A stretch of 64,000 nucleotides of DNA, taken from contig NIVC01000419.1 of NCBI GenBank assembly GCA_002269645.1, forward strand, positions 124,001-188,000, in the 5' to 3' direction. Made by a program: the position numbers and the translations under genes. Below the pieces are notes generated by a model. It saw only the letters and a list, made by a program, of their open reading frames with translations. It had not been told where the DNA came from and searched no databases. Shown one piece after another: positions 26,001 through 37,500 of the stretch. The stretch is from Macrostomum lignano (taxonomy: Eukaryota). Within the stretch, counting starts at the first letter, position 1; every line of letters starts with the position of its first letter.

Positions 26001-29000
26001 GTCTGTCTGACTGTGTCTGTCTGGGTGTGTCTGTCTGACTGTGTCTGTCTGACTGTGTCTGTCTGGCTGTGTCTGTCTGACTGTGTCTGTCTGACTGTGT
26101 CTGTCTGACTGTGTCTGGTTGTCTGTGTCTGTCTGGCTGTGTCTGTCTGACTGTGTCTGTCTGACTGTGTCTGTCTGACTGTGTCTGGTTGTCTGTGTCT
26201 GTCTGACTGTGTCTGTCTGGCTGTGTCTGTCTGACTGTGTCTGTCTGGCTGTGTCTGTCTGACTGTGTCTGTCTGACTGTGTCTGGTTGTCTGTGTCTGT
26301 CTGACTGTGTCTGTCTGGCTGTGTCTGTCTGACTGTGTCTGTCTGACTGTGTCTGTCTGACTGTGTCTGTCTGACTGTGTCTGGTTGTCTGTGTCTGTCT
26401 GACTGTGTCTGTCTGGCTGTGTCTGTCTGACTGTGTCTGTCTGATTGTGTCTGTCTGGCTGTGTCTGTCTGACTGTGTCTGTCTGGCTGTGTCTGTCTGA
26501 CTGTGTCTGTCTGACTGTCTGGTTGACTGTGTCTGTATGATTGTGTCTGGTTGACTGTGTCTGGTTGACTGTGTCTGGTTGTCTGTGTCTGTCTGGCTGT
26601 GTCTGTCTGGCTGTGTCTGTCTGGCTGTGTCTGTCTGACTGTGTCTGGTTGTCTGTGTCTGGTTGTCTGTGTCTGGTTGTCTGTGTCTGTCTGACTGTGT
26701 CTGGTTGTCTGTGTTTGTCTGACTGTGTCTGTCTGACTGTCTGGTTGTCTGTGTCTGTCTGACTGTGTCTGTCTGACTGTGTCTGTCTGGCTGTGTCTGT
26801 CTGGCTGTGTCTGGTTGACTGTGTCTGTCTGGCTGTGTCTGTCTGGCTGTGTCTGGTTGACTGTTTCTGTCTGACTGTGTCTGTCTGGCTGTGTCTGTCT
26901 GGCTGTGTCTGTCTGGCTGTGTCTGTCTGACTGTCTGGTTGACTGTGTCTGTCTAACTGTGTCTGTCTGACTGTGTCCGTCTGACTGTGTCTGTCTGACT
27001 GTGTCTGTCTGACTGTGTCTGTCTGACTGTGTCTGGTTGACTGTGTCTGTCTGACTGTTTGTATAACTGTCTGATTGACTTTAAGACTGTGTCTATCTGT
27101 GTCTGGTTGACTGTGTCTCTGTTTCTCTTATTGCGTGCCTGTCTGCCTGCCTGCCTGCTTACCTCCCGTTAATAAAGCGCCTGAATCTCCCACACAGATG
27201 GAACTGGACGCCACGGTGACCTCCAGAGTGAAGTCGCTGCAAGACCGCGTGTGCGAGGAGCTGATGCCCGGCCGCCTGATGGTCCCGTTCCCGGCCAACA
27301 ACCTGCAGCTGATGATCCACTCCGGCGCCAAAGGCAGCCAAGTGAACGCCCAGCAAATGTCCGTAGCTCTGGGCCAAATCGAAATCGAAGGCCGTCGAAT
27401 GGCGCCAACTTTGTCCGGTCGAACCTTGCCGTCGTTTCCAGCGTACGACACGCATCCACGAGCTGGCGGTTTCTGCTCCGCCAGATTCCTCACCGGCCTG
27501 CCGCCGCAGGAGCTGTTCTTCCACACAATGGCAGGTCGGGACGGGCTTATTGATACGGCCGTGAAAACCTCTCGATCCGGCTATCTGCAGCGTAGCTTAA
27601 TTAAACACCTGGAAGGCTTGGCGGTGCAGTACGACTTGTCGGTGCGCAACTCCGATGGTAGTATTGTGCAGTTTCTCTACGGCGAAGACGGCTTGGACGT
27701 GGCTAAGACTCCGTTTCTGCAGCCGGCTCGATTAGATCTGTTTGCCGACAATTGCCAGCTGTTTGCTAATCGGACTGGTCTGGGGGTGAGCTGTCCTGAC
27801 TGTTCCTTATGGCGCTTTTTGTGATCCTAATGGCGCTTCTTTGTGATCCTAATGGCGCTTCTTTGTGGTACTAATGGCTCTTCTTTATTATCCTAATGGC
27901 GCTTCTTTGTGATCCTAATGGCTCTTCTTTATTATCCTAATGGCGCTTCTTTGTGATCCTAATGGCTCTTCTTTATTATCCTAATGGCGCTTCTTTGTGA
28001 TCCTAATGGCTCTTAATTTTGATCCTAATGGCGCTTCTTTATTATCCTAATGGCTCTTCTTTATTATCCTAATGGCGCTTCTTTGTGATCCTAATGGCTC
28101 TTCTTTATTATCCTAATGGCGCTTCTTTGTGATCCTAATGGCTCTTCTTTATTATCCTAATGGCGCTTCTTTGTGATCCTAATGGCTCTTCTTTATTATC
28201 CTAATGGCGCTTCTTTGTGATCCTAATGGCTCTTCTTTATTATCCTAATGGCGCTTCTTTGTGATCCTAATGGCTCTTAATTTTGATCCTAATGGCGCTT
28301 CTTTGTGATCCTAATGGCTCTTCTTTATTATCCTAATGGCGCTTCTTTGTGATCCTAATGGCTCTTAATTTTGATCCTAATGGCGCTTCTTTATTATCCT
28401 AATGGCTCTTCTTTATTATCCTAATGGCGCTTCTTTGTGATCCTAATGGCTCTTCTTTATTATCCTAATGGCGCTTCTTTGTGGTACTAATAGATCTTCT
28501 TTATTATCCTAATGGCGCTTCTTTATTATCCTAATGGCTCTTCTTTATTATCCTAATGGCGCTTCTCTGTGATCCTAATGGCTCTTCTTTGTGATCCTAA
28601 TGGCTCTTCTTTGTGATCCTAATGGCGCTTCTTTGCTATCCTAATGGCTCTTCTTTGTGATCCTAATGGCTCTTCTTTATTATCCTAATGGCGCTTCTTT
28701 GTGATCCTAATAGCTCTTCTTTGTGATCCTAATGGCGCTTCTTTATGATCCTAATGGCTCTTAATTTTGATCCTAATGGCTCTTAATTTTGATCCAAATG
28801 GCGCTTAATTTTGATCCTAATGCAGGGGTCGGCAAAGGTTTTAATCTACTTGCGGTCAGAGGTGGGGAGAAAGAGAGAGAAATAAGGAAGATAAGATCTC
28901 CACCCCTCTAGCTGCTGCTTAAACAAATTTCTTCCCAATTAATATTATCATCTTCATAATTCCTAACCCACCGCAGACCAAACTCGAAGCCGACCAAGAA

Positions 29001-32000
29001 GATCCCACCGATTGGTTCGGCGTCAATCCCAATTATAACAATTCCAAATCGTTGCGACGTGACTGGCGCCTGGCCCGGCGCGAGACCCGATTGAGCACCA
29101 GAGAGTCTCGCATCGCCGAGGTTCTGCAGCTTGACGCCGAAGATGACAACCAGTACTACAGTGTCCGGCGGTCTACCGCCTGTCCGGTGCTGTCCAAGCA
29201 TCCGCCTCATCTGGTGCTGGGCTCGGTGTCCGAGTCCTACCGCGACACCGTGCTCAAATATGCCGAGAAAAGATTCACGGATGCCGATCAGAGCAGCACC
29301 GCTGAACAGTTTCAACGCCTGATGTGGCACCGGGCTCGAGCTTCGCTAGTCGATCCGGGCGAATGCGTCGGCCTGCTGGCATCACAGAGTATCGGCGAGC
29401 CATCAACTCAGATGACGTTGAATACGTTTCATTTTGCTGGCCGCGGCGAGGTCAACGTGACGCTTGGTAATTTGTGTTTCTAAGAAGGCACAGAGAGTGT
29501 ACAAGCCAGGGCCGATGTACATGTACACCCTGTGTGAGCCTGCGTTGTCTGCTCCCCGTTGAAAACGTGACAAGACTCTTTTAAGTCTTGGTCGGCTCTT
29601 TCGCTATTCTACAACTTCCACTTAGCGACTCCTATTGCGGTAAAAAAAACTTGTTCAATACTCCCAATCTCTACAGGTATACCTAGACTACGAGAAGTGC
29701 TCATGACCGGCTCGGAGACAATTAAAACTCCTCTAATGGTGCTCAAAGTATTGCCGCACGTGCCCGACTCGCCAGAGCTTAGCCATCGATTGGAGCAGCT
29801 TATTCGGCGGTTTAACAAGGTTCTACTTGGCGAATTACTGCAACAGATCAGCGCCACTCATCTGCACATGCAGCGGGCGCTTAAATTCACTTTTCAATTT
29901 AAACGCCGATCAGCCTATAAAGCCAAAACTTTTCTGCGGCCTGAACAGGTTTGAAATTTTATTACTATTCAACAAAAGTTCCACTTCCGGTTCGATAAAA
30001 TATAGTTTCTATTTCTTTACAACTTCGAATTCTTATCCACTAGTCCCTTCTGATCCGCTACTGATTACACTTCCGGTCCGCTAATACAGATTACACTTCC
30101 GGTAGGCTAATACAGATTACACTTCCGGTCTGCTAATGACGTAGATTACACTTCCGATCCGCTAATATAGATTACACTTCCGGTGCGCTAATGTAGATTA
30201 CACTTCCGGTCCGCTAATATAGATTACACTTCCGGTTCGCTAATGCAGATTACACTTCCGGTGCGCTAATGTATATTACACTTCCGGTCCGCTAATATAG
30301 ATTACACTTCCGGTCCGCTAATATAGATTACACTTCCGGTCCGCTAATATAGATTACACTTCCGGTCCGCTAATGCAGATTACACTCCGGTCCGCTAATA
30401 TAGATTGCACTTCCGGTCCGCTAATGCAGATTACACTTCCGGTCCGCTAATGCAGCTTACACTTCCGGTTTGCTAATGCAGCTTACACTTCCGGTTTGCT
30501 AATGCAGATTACACTTCCGATCCGCTAATGCAGATTACACTTCCGGTCCGCTAATGCAGCTTACACTTCCGGTTTGCTAATGCAGATTACACTTCCGGTC
30601 CGCTAATAAAGATTACACTTCCGGTCCGCTAATATAGATTACACTTCCGGTCCGCTAATGCAGATAACACTTCCGGTCCGCTAATGTAGATTAAACTTCC
30701 GGTCCGCTAATGCAGATTACACTTCCGGTCCGTAAATGTAGATTATACTTCCGGTTGCTAATGCAGATTGTACCTCCGGTCCGATAATTCAGATTGCACT
30801 TCTAATCCGATACTGATTTGACTTGCGGTTCGCTAATAATTACTCACTTCTGATATCCTACAAACCGCCCCTCCCAATATTCCATTTGTTTTCAGGCCAT
30901 GCGCTTTATCGAAACGAAATTCCTGCCTCGTCTAGCCAAAGAAATCGAAGTCCGCGTCAAAGAACGCGTCTCCGAGTCCGTGCTCCGAGCTCTGGCCAAT
31001 GCGGCCTCCGACATTGTCGGCGGGGGCGGCGGGGGCGGAGTCGCTGACGACATGATGAACGACGTTGACCGTCGACACGGCAACGGCAACAACAAGACTG
31101 AAGCCGAGGACGAAGACTATCGCGAATTCGAAGCCGAGGACGCCGAGCGATCTGAGCTGCTAGCCGAAGGCTTGGCCGTCAGCGACGCTGAGGAAGGCGA
31201 CGAAGATGTTGACGACATGCCTGGCGGCGAGCATCGACCAGCGGCAACTGTTCGCGGCGAACCGTCGCTGGAGCCGCGTCGAGTCTTCGACGGCTCTGCT
31301 GCTGCGGCGGCGGCGGCAGCGGCGGCGGCTGCCGACGAAGAATCAGACGGTGGAATCGGCGACACGGCTGCCGCTGCAGCGGACGACTCGAAGAAGGCGT
31401 CAACTGGGCTGAACGCCGACGAGCGAGTCGGCATGGTGAAGAAGCTGCATCCCGCCTTTCTCAACTACTCATTCGATGCTGGTAAACATCGGAGCTGCGA
31501 GCTGACCGTGGCGCTCAAGGATATTGAAGGTCGGCTGGATTTGGCCAGTCTGGTTGGTCAGCTGGCCGAGAGCAGCGTGGTGCACAAAGCGCCGAAGGTT
31601 GGTGCAGATTGTTTTCTTCCACTACTTCCCTGATAATCTCCAGTCTCTTCTCTGATAATCATCCCCACTTTCTTAGAATAGTCCTAGGAAGAGACCCTTT
31701 TAAGAGCCAATCTGACCCTAAACTACCCTTTTAAGAGCCAATCTGACCCTAAACTACCCTTGTAAGAATCAATCTGACCCTAAACTACCCTTGTAAGAAT
31801 CAATCTGACCCTAAACTACCCTTGTAAGAATCAATCTGACCCTAAACTACCCTTGTAAGAATCAATCTGACCCTAAACTACCCTTGTAAGAATCAATCTG
31901 ACCCTAAACTACCCTTGTAAGAATCAATCTGACCCTAAACTACCCTTGTAAGAATCAATCTGACCCTAAACTACCCTTGTAAGAATCAATCTGACCCTAA

Positions 32001-33223
32001 ACTACCCTTTTAAGAATCAATCTGACCCTAAACTACCCTTTTAAGAGCCAATCTGACCCTAAACTACCCTTTTAAGAGCCAATCTGACCCTAAACTACCC
32101 TTTTAAGAGCCAATCTGACCCTAAACTACCCTTGTAAGAATCAATCTGACCCTAAACTACCCTTGTAAGAATCAATCTGACCCTAAACTACCCTTGTAAG
32201 AATCAATCTGACCCTAAACTACCCTTGTAAGAATCAATCTGACCCTAAACTACCCTTGTAAGAATCAATCTGACCCTAAACTACCCTTGTAAGAATCAAT
32301 CTGACCCTAAACTACCCTTGTAAGAATCAATTTGACCCTAAACTACCCTTGTAAGAATCAATCTGACCCTAAACTACCCTTTTAAGAATCAATCTGACCC
32401 TAAACTACCCTCTTGAGAATAGCCCTGACTCTCGATTCAGATTCCTAAGAATCGCTCCATGAATCAACAACCCCATTAAAATCCCGAACTCTACAATGCA
32501 CCTGTCCAGGTGGAACGAGCCAGCCTAGACAAGTCCAAACTGCCCTGGATACTCCGCGTCGAAGGCGTCAACCTGGATTTAGTTCGTCCGCACAGCGACT
32601 TGCTTGATTTAAACTCCGCCTACACCAACAACATCCGGGTGATGCAGTCCGCCTACGGCATCGAAGCCGCCGCCAGTTGTATCGTTCGCGAAATTCGCGA
32701 CGTATTTAAGCACTACGGCATCGGGGTGGACCCGCGCCATCTCAGCCTGGTGTCGGACTACATGACCAACAGCGGCACCTATCTGGCGTTCAGTCGCCAC
32801 GGCATGATCGGCCAGCCGTCCGCTCTGCAGCGAATGTCGTTCGAGACTTCGTCGGTGGTGCTGAAAGACGCCGTGCTGGCCGCCGCTCGAGACGACATGC
32901 GGTCGCCGTCGGCTTGCATCATGGCTGGCAGGCCGCCCGTAGCCTGCGGCACCGGCTCGTTCGACCTGTTGCACCTGTTGCCGTTGAGCGCTAAAAAGTC
33001 CAAAGGCGCCGAGTCTGTCCGACTTGGCCCAGTCGAGGCCGTGTCGATGGGCCGGGCCGGTGACAAGTCGGCCGCTGACAAGTCGAAACAGATTTTATCG
33101 CCGAAGCAGCAACACCATCGGCATCGCCATGGTAATAAAATTGTTAGCAAGTCCAAACAAGAACCTATCGATCAGGTGGTGCTTGATCACGAAGATGAAG
33201 CTCTGCTGCTGAGCTCGGATTGA
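18159..33223 (+). CDS. POLR1A: RNA polymerase I largest subunit; exons ~18159-18682, 19340-19469, 20282-21112, 21436-21568, 23006-23414, 24211-24403, 24505-24708, 25324-25833, 27198-27785, 28977-29466, 29677-29948, 30896-31597, 32510-33223
   Basis: Zn motif CRKC...[10 protein letters not shown]; [13 protein letters not shown]|[14 protein letters not shown]; catalytic [10 protein letters not shown] (24263-24292); [24 protein letters not shown]; [18 protein letters not shown]; QRMSFETS...GTGSFDL. The acidic insert and ends are Pol I type. All 12 introns are GT-AG and phase-consistent. The start codon is unresolved. Confidence 0.95.
18727..19190 (+). repeat. ~38-bp minisatellite AAGACTTTCTAAGAAACGCCTCTATCCGTTACAAAAAT (POLR1A intron 1)
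   Basis: About 10 increasingly degenerate copies. Same family as 21668-22615 but in opposite orientation. Confidence 0.9.
19490..20130. repeat. (GACA/GGCA)n microsatellite (POLR1A intron 2)
   Basis: Directly visible. Explains the VCLS-repeat ORF at 19245-20183. Confidence 0.95.
21121..21365. repeat. (TATCTGCC/TGTC)-type 12-bp degenerate repeat (POLR1A intron 3)
   Basis: Directly visible. Explains the IYLP-repeat read-through of the ORF at 20282. Confidence 0.9.
21668..22615 (-). repeat. 38-bp minisatellite TTATTTTTGTAACGGATAGAGGCCCCTCTTAGAAAGTC (POLR1A intron 4)
   Basis: About 24 copies; reverse complement of the intron 1 array. Confidence 0.95.
23495..23800. repeat. 20-bp minisatellite GTAAGCTGGGTGTCTATGGC (POLR1A intron 5, 5' half)
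   Basis: About 14 tandem copies. Confidence 0.93.
23905..24177. repeat. 22-bp minisatellite CACCTGACTGTCTGTAATGCAA (POLR1A intron 5, 3' half)
   Basis: About 12 essentially identical copies ending ~33 nt before the acceptor. Confidence 0.95.
24740..25140. repeat. 32-bp minisatellite GATGCTGTAGTAGATTGTTATCCACTCTACCC (POLR1A intron 7)
   Basis: About 12 copies. Confidence 0.93.
25870..27125. repeat. TGTC-rich 10/14-bp compound repeat (CTGACTGTGTCTGT) (POLR1A intron 8)
   Basis: Fills almost the whole intron. Confidence 0.95.
27815..28820. repeat. 22-bp minisatellite with alternating variants TCCTAATGGCGCTTCTTTGTGA / TCCTAATGGCTCTTCTTTATTA (POLR1A intron 9)
   Basis: About 45 units with 44-bp higher-order periodicity. 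Confidence 0.95.
30045..30810. repeat. 26-bp minisatellite GATTACACTTCCGGTCCGCTAAT(AT/GC)A (POLR1A intron 11)
   Basis: About 29 copies. Confidence 0.95.
31700..32410. repeat. 31-bp minisatellite AATCTGACCCTAAACTACCCTTGTAAGAATC (POLR1A intron 12)
   Basis: About 23 copies. Confidence 0.95.
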
Positions 33224-34532
33224 TAAATCAATGCCTTGAAACTATAATAAAAATCCATCTTAATTGATAGTCGATTTAATAAGTGAAGCGAGTCCAGTCA
33301 ATTAAAGTACTTTTAATATAATATACTAGTAATCATTTTTAACCTGCATTTTATTGCGTTGCGTTCATCTATATTGTTGTTTCCCATTTGTTTATGATTA
33401 CTTATAACAATTTCCCGAAAGAAATCATGTCTCTGGTTGTTAGGTTTCGAATTGGTTTTGTTGCTTGAAAGAAAATGGAAAAAAACGTTGGTCAACCCTT
33501 TTTTTCCTCAAAGGCGCGTGCATTTTGGTGCGAAAAATCTTATCTAAGAGATTTCACTGCGTCTTCGATGGCAACATGTTGCTGTCTTTTTTGGATTAAA
33601 GTTTCCGTGTGTTTTTCTTTTATTTCTTTTCCTAGTTTAAAGGGCAAACTTCTTTACCTGAAGGTTCAGAGAGAAGGATAAGAGAAAAGATAAGAAGAGA
33701 TAAATCGAGGGAAGAGGGGGATAGAAGACGAAGAGAGCTGCGAAGACACACACAGACCTTGAGCGGGTCGTATTGTTAATGTAAAGTGTCAAGGGACCCC
33801 CCGAGAGATGCTTTGCAGCAATTGCGGGCCCACGGGCTGGTCCATAGAAGGCTATAAGACTGCTTTTGCTTTTTAACAAAGTAAATATAATAGAATGCTT
33901 ATATTCAAACTAGACACATGGGGCCGTATGCAGAAAGCCTGGTCCAGACTAGCTAGTCTGGACTTGGGTAGTTCAGTCTATAGTCTATGGTCTAGCTACC
34001 CTAGTTCTGCTATAGTAGACTGATCTAACTTTGTGTTTCTGCATACCAAATCCAAGTCTAGACTAGCTTTTCAAGACCGGACTACCCTAGATTTTAGTAT
34101 CCCGTATATTCAGATAATTCTCTCCCAACCCCAATCCAATAGTGTGTACATTTGTACACCCTCGCATAGGCAACGCAAGCGTGGCGTTTGAGAGAGGTGG
34201 GTGACTCGCCAATCTAAAAATATACTGTTCACTGCTCCTTAGTGTACACTTGCTGCAGCGGGGCGGGGCTAGACTCTAGAAAATAGCTATGTTGCTTTTC
34301 TAAAAGCGAAAATTATGTTTGCACTGTACAGTCAGTTAGTCTATCTTTCTCTATCTTGGTACCTTGTTTAGCGGAAAATTGAAAGCAGAAAGGCTTAGAT
34401 TTTTCTGTTTGAATCCGCCTAGTTAATTGCATTCTTGATATTTAACTTACCCATGCTCCCACCCTCCTCCATTGCAAGGTTCACCGTAAAAAGGCCATAC
34501 TAGAGCCTAATAACTAACAGAGCATTGCACGA

Positions 34533-37500
34533 ATGGCCCAGCAACCAGGTGGGCCCGAGTTGCAGCGTCAGTGCCAACCGCACAGCATAGTGTCAGAAGA
34601 AGACTTCGTTGTGATTGCCGGTAGCGGAGGTTCTTCCCCCTCGAGTCTGCAGTCTCCCGGTACGGAGGCCACAGACTACCAGCTGTCTCTGACCGCTGCA
34701 ACTGCCTCATCATCATCGGAGTCTGAGCTGCAGAAGATAGCCCAGCAAATCAGCCAGGTGAGCCAGCAGCAGGCCAGTCTGCACGACAGCCTGAGAGACA
34801 ACAGCGGAAGTCTGGAGCAGCTTCGCAACCTGATGCGGGAACGACAAGCCGAGATGAAGAAGAAGCTGGCAGACAAGGATGCTGAGCTGGGAGAAAAGAC
34901 TGAGCAGTGCGAGGCTCTGCTAGCCAGCAGTGAGCAGATGAAGGCCGAGTTGGCGAGGCTGCGCACCCGAGAGGAGGAGTGGCAGCAGACCAGCGAAGAC
35001 TACCAGAAACTGAAGAACCAGTACAACCTGCTGACCAACACCAAGGAGCGCCTGGAGTCTGAGAAGGCCGACCTGCAGCGCAGCAGAGATGAGACGCTGG
35101 CGGCTGAGACTCAGAAGCTGCAGGCCAAGTTTGATGAAGAACGAAGCGCAGCGGTGGAGGCTGAGCGAGACAAGTGGCAGCAGGAGTTGGCTGAGCTGCA
35201 GGCCAATCACGCTGCTGAAGTCAAAGCGCTACACCTGGAGCTGACAGGTGCAAAGAAGGAAAATGAAGGCAACTTGCAGGCTGCTCAGGCTGAGAATGAG
35301 CGGGCGCTGACCTCAGAGCGGGAGAGATGTCGAGCAGAGGCTGACAGACTTGTTGCTGAGCACTCGAGCGCTATTGAAACGATGAGGAAGGAGTTTGAGG
35401 AGAAAATCCGAGAGCAGGAGAGGCTGACCGAGGAAGCCAAGCGGGAACTGCAGGAGCTCAGCGAGAAGCACGAGGCAGAGAAGGCCGAGATGTTTGAGTT
35501 GGTTAAGCAGTTTGGTGTGAGTAGCTTCTCCACCGATAACTTCAGAAGCAACGATGCTGGCACGATGACCGACTCCTCTGCTTCTGGTGGCAACTATCCC
35601 GAGCTTCACGAAGTCCGGACAGTGCTCAGTAGGCAAGCAGTGCAGGAGCAGGGAGTGAGCCCCGCTGAGTCAGTCGCGGGCCCTCCGGGTGTGGGTGTCG
35701 CTGTGGCCTCCATTGCGGTTTCGGTCTCGCGATCTGATGCGGGTACGTCAATGGACGATTCTTTCAACAGTGTTGTTGATCAGTCTACGAGCACGTCTGA
35801 GACTGCTGATGGACAAGAAGAAAGTTCTTCAAGTAATGTTGAAGGTTCCGGAGCTGTTGACCAGTCACAAACTACTGAAATCGAAGTCAAAACAGTGGAG
35901 AGTCAGACAGATCCTTTGGAGTGCCCGCAAATTGAAAATTCCGAGTCGCTTCAAAAGAACAGCGCCACCAGAAATTTGACCATGCAGTTGGCTTCATTTG
36001 CTGCTTCATTGAAGACTGAGAGACAGAAAGTGGAGGATTTGGAGACCAGGTGCGTTTGTTTGCTGGTTTTGAATGGCCTGTTACCATGTAGTTTAGGTAC
36101 AAGTTAAAAGATCAACTTGGTCGTAAACTTTAAATCCTAGAACGGTGTTAGATGTAGAGCCTCCAACTATGGTCCCTATCGAGGTCAATATTCTATAAAA
36201 ACCTTTTTTGGATTATTCTAGATACCCTGTGTGAGTGCGTGCCTGCGTGTACAGTATTGGCGCACTTGTACATGTGGTCAGGAGTCAGCTGAATGGTCAG
36301 AATTGCCTCAGAGCCTCAGGCTGTGGGACCATGTCTGAACTAATTTTCAGCAGCAGAAGAAAAAAGGGGAAATCTAGGCAAGATTCTGCTCTGCTGATAT
36401 CCATCTGAAATTTTTCTGCAATTCTTTTCAGCATCAAGAAACTTGAGAAGGAGAATGCCACGCTCAAACAGACTACCAGTCAGACTCTGAGTAAGAAACA
36501 GAATGAAGAGTCTGTTAGTGTGCTGCAAAAGCAGCTCGATGAGAAGCAGAGCGAGCTGGACAGTGTGATCAAAGACCTCGATGAGACCCGTAACAAAGTG
36601 TGCGAGCTTACTGAGAAAGTTAAGCACTATGAGAGTCAAAAAATGAAGCGAGCGGTGCACGGCGAGACGGTTAGCGAGAACTCAGATGCTCAAAAAGATG
36701 AAGCAATCCGGGAGCTGCGTAAACAGCTGGAGGAGAAGCAGATGGAGCTGGACAGTTTGCTTCAAGACTTTGATGAGACTCGGCACACGGTCTACCAGCT
36801 CAATGAGAAGGTCAATGAGTACAAGAGTCGGTGAGTGATGCTGACGACAACATACATGTACCACTTTTAGTACACGGAATAAAGTTTTAAGATTGAAGCA
36901 TGAAAAAAGTTTAAGACGAGAAATCCCAGTTTGAATTGCATCCCAGTTTGTGCAGTTCATAACCGCTTCTTGTGCAAACGTACTAAAATCATTAGACTTT
37001 ATTAGTCAGTGAGTTTCTACGGGAGCTGATGAAACCCGCCAATCTCCAGGGCGGAGCAGCGGGCCCAGCTGGCCAGCAGTCGCGCGTCTGCCGACCGCGG
37101 CACCGCCGCCGCCACCGGCAGGCTGGAGAAGCTGCTGGCAGAGAAGCAGGTAGAGCTGGACAGCGTGCTCGAAGATTTTGACGAGACTCGACACAAAGTC
37201 TACGAGCTCAACGAGAAGATTAAGGACTACGAGAGACGGTAGAGCATTGGGACCATATATTCACGTCCGGGTTCGTCGCTTCATTATAACAAATTTGTTC
37301 GATTTTCCAAATTCCAGAGGCGACCGTCGCGACAACGTCGCCAACGTTCGAGCCGACGGAGACGTCAGCAAGCTGCAGACTCAGCTGACTAAAAAGCAGG
37401 AAGAGCTGGACAGCTTGACTGAAGATCTGGACGAGACTAGGCATAAAGTGTACGAACTGAATGAGAAGGTCAAGGACTACGAGAATCGGTGAGCTTAGGA

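Noticed and set aside
28823-28900. Intact hAT element starting CAGGGGTCGGCAAA (related fragment reversed at ~42480-42632)
   Set aside because: Only one terminus is visible at each site and there is no TSD. Treated as truncated relics and not called as features.
30990-31400. Acidic/poly-Ala insertion in POLR1A as a novelty
   Set aside because: It matches the position of the known variable acidic loop of the Pol I largest subunit.
31700-32410. Interstitial telomeric repeat (CCCTAA in each unit)
   Set aside because: There is only one CCCTAA per 31-bp unit, not a tandem telomere tract.
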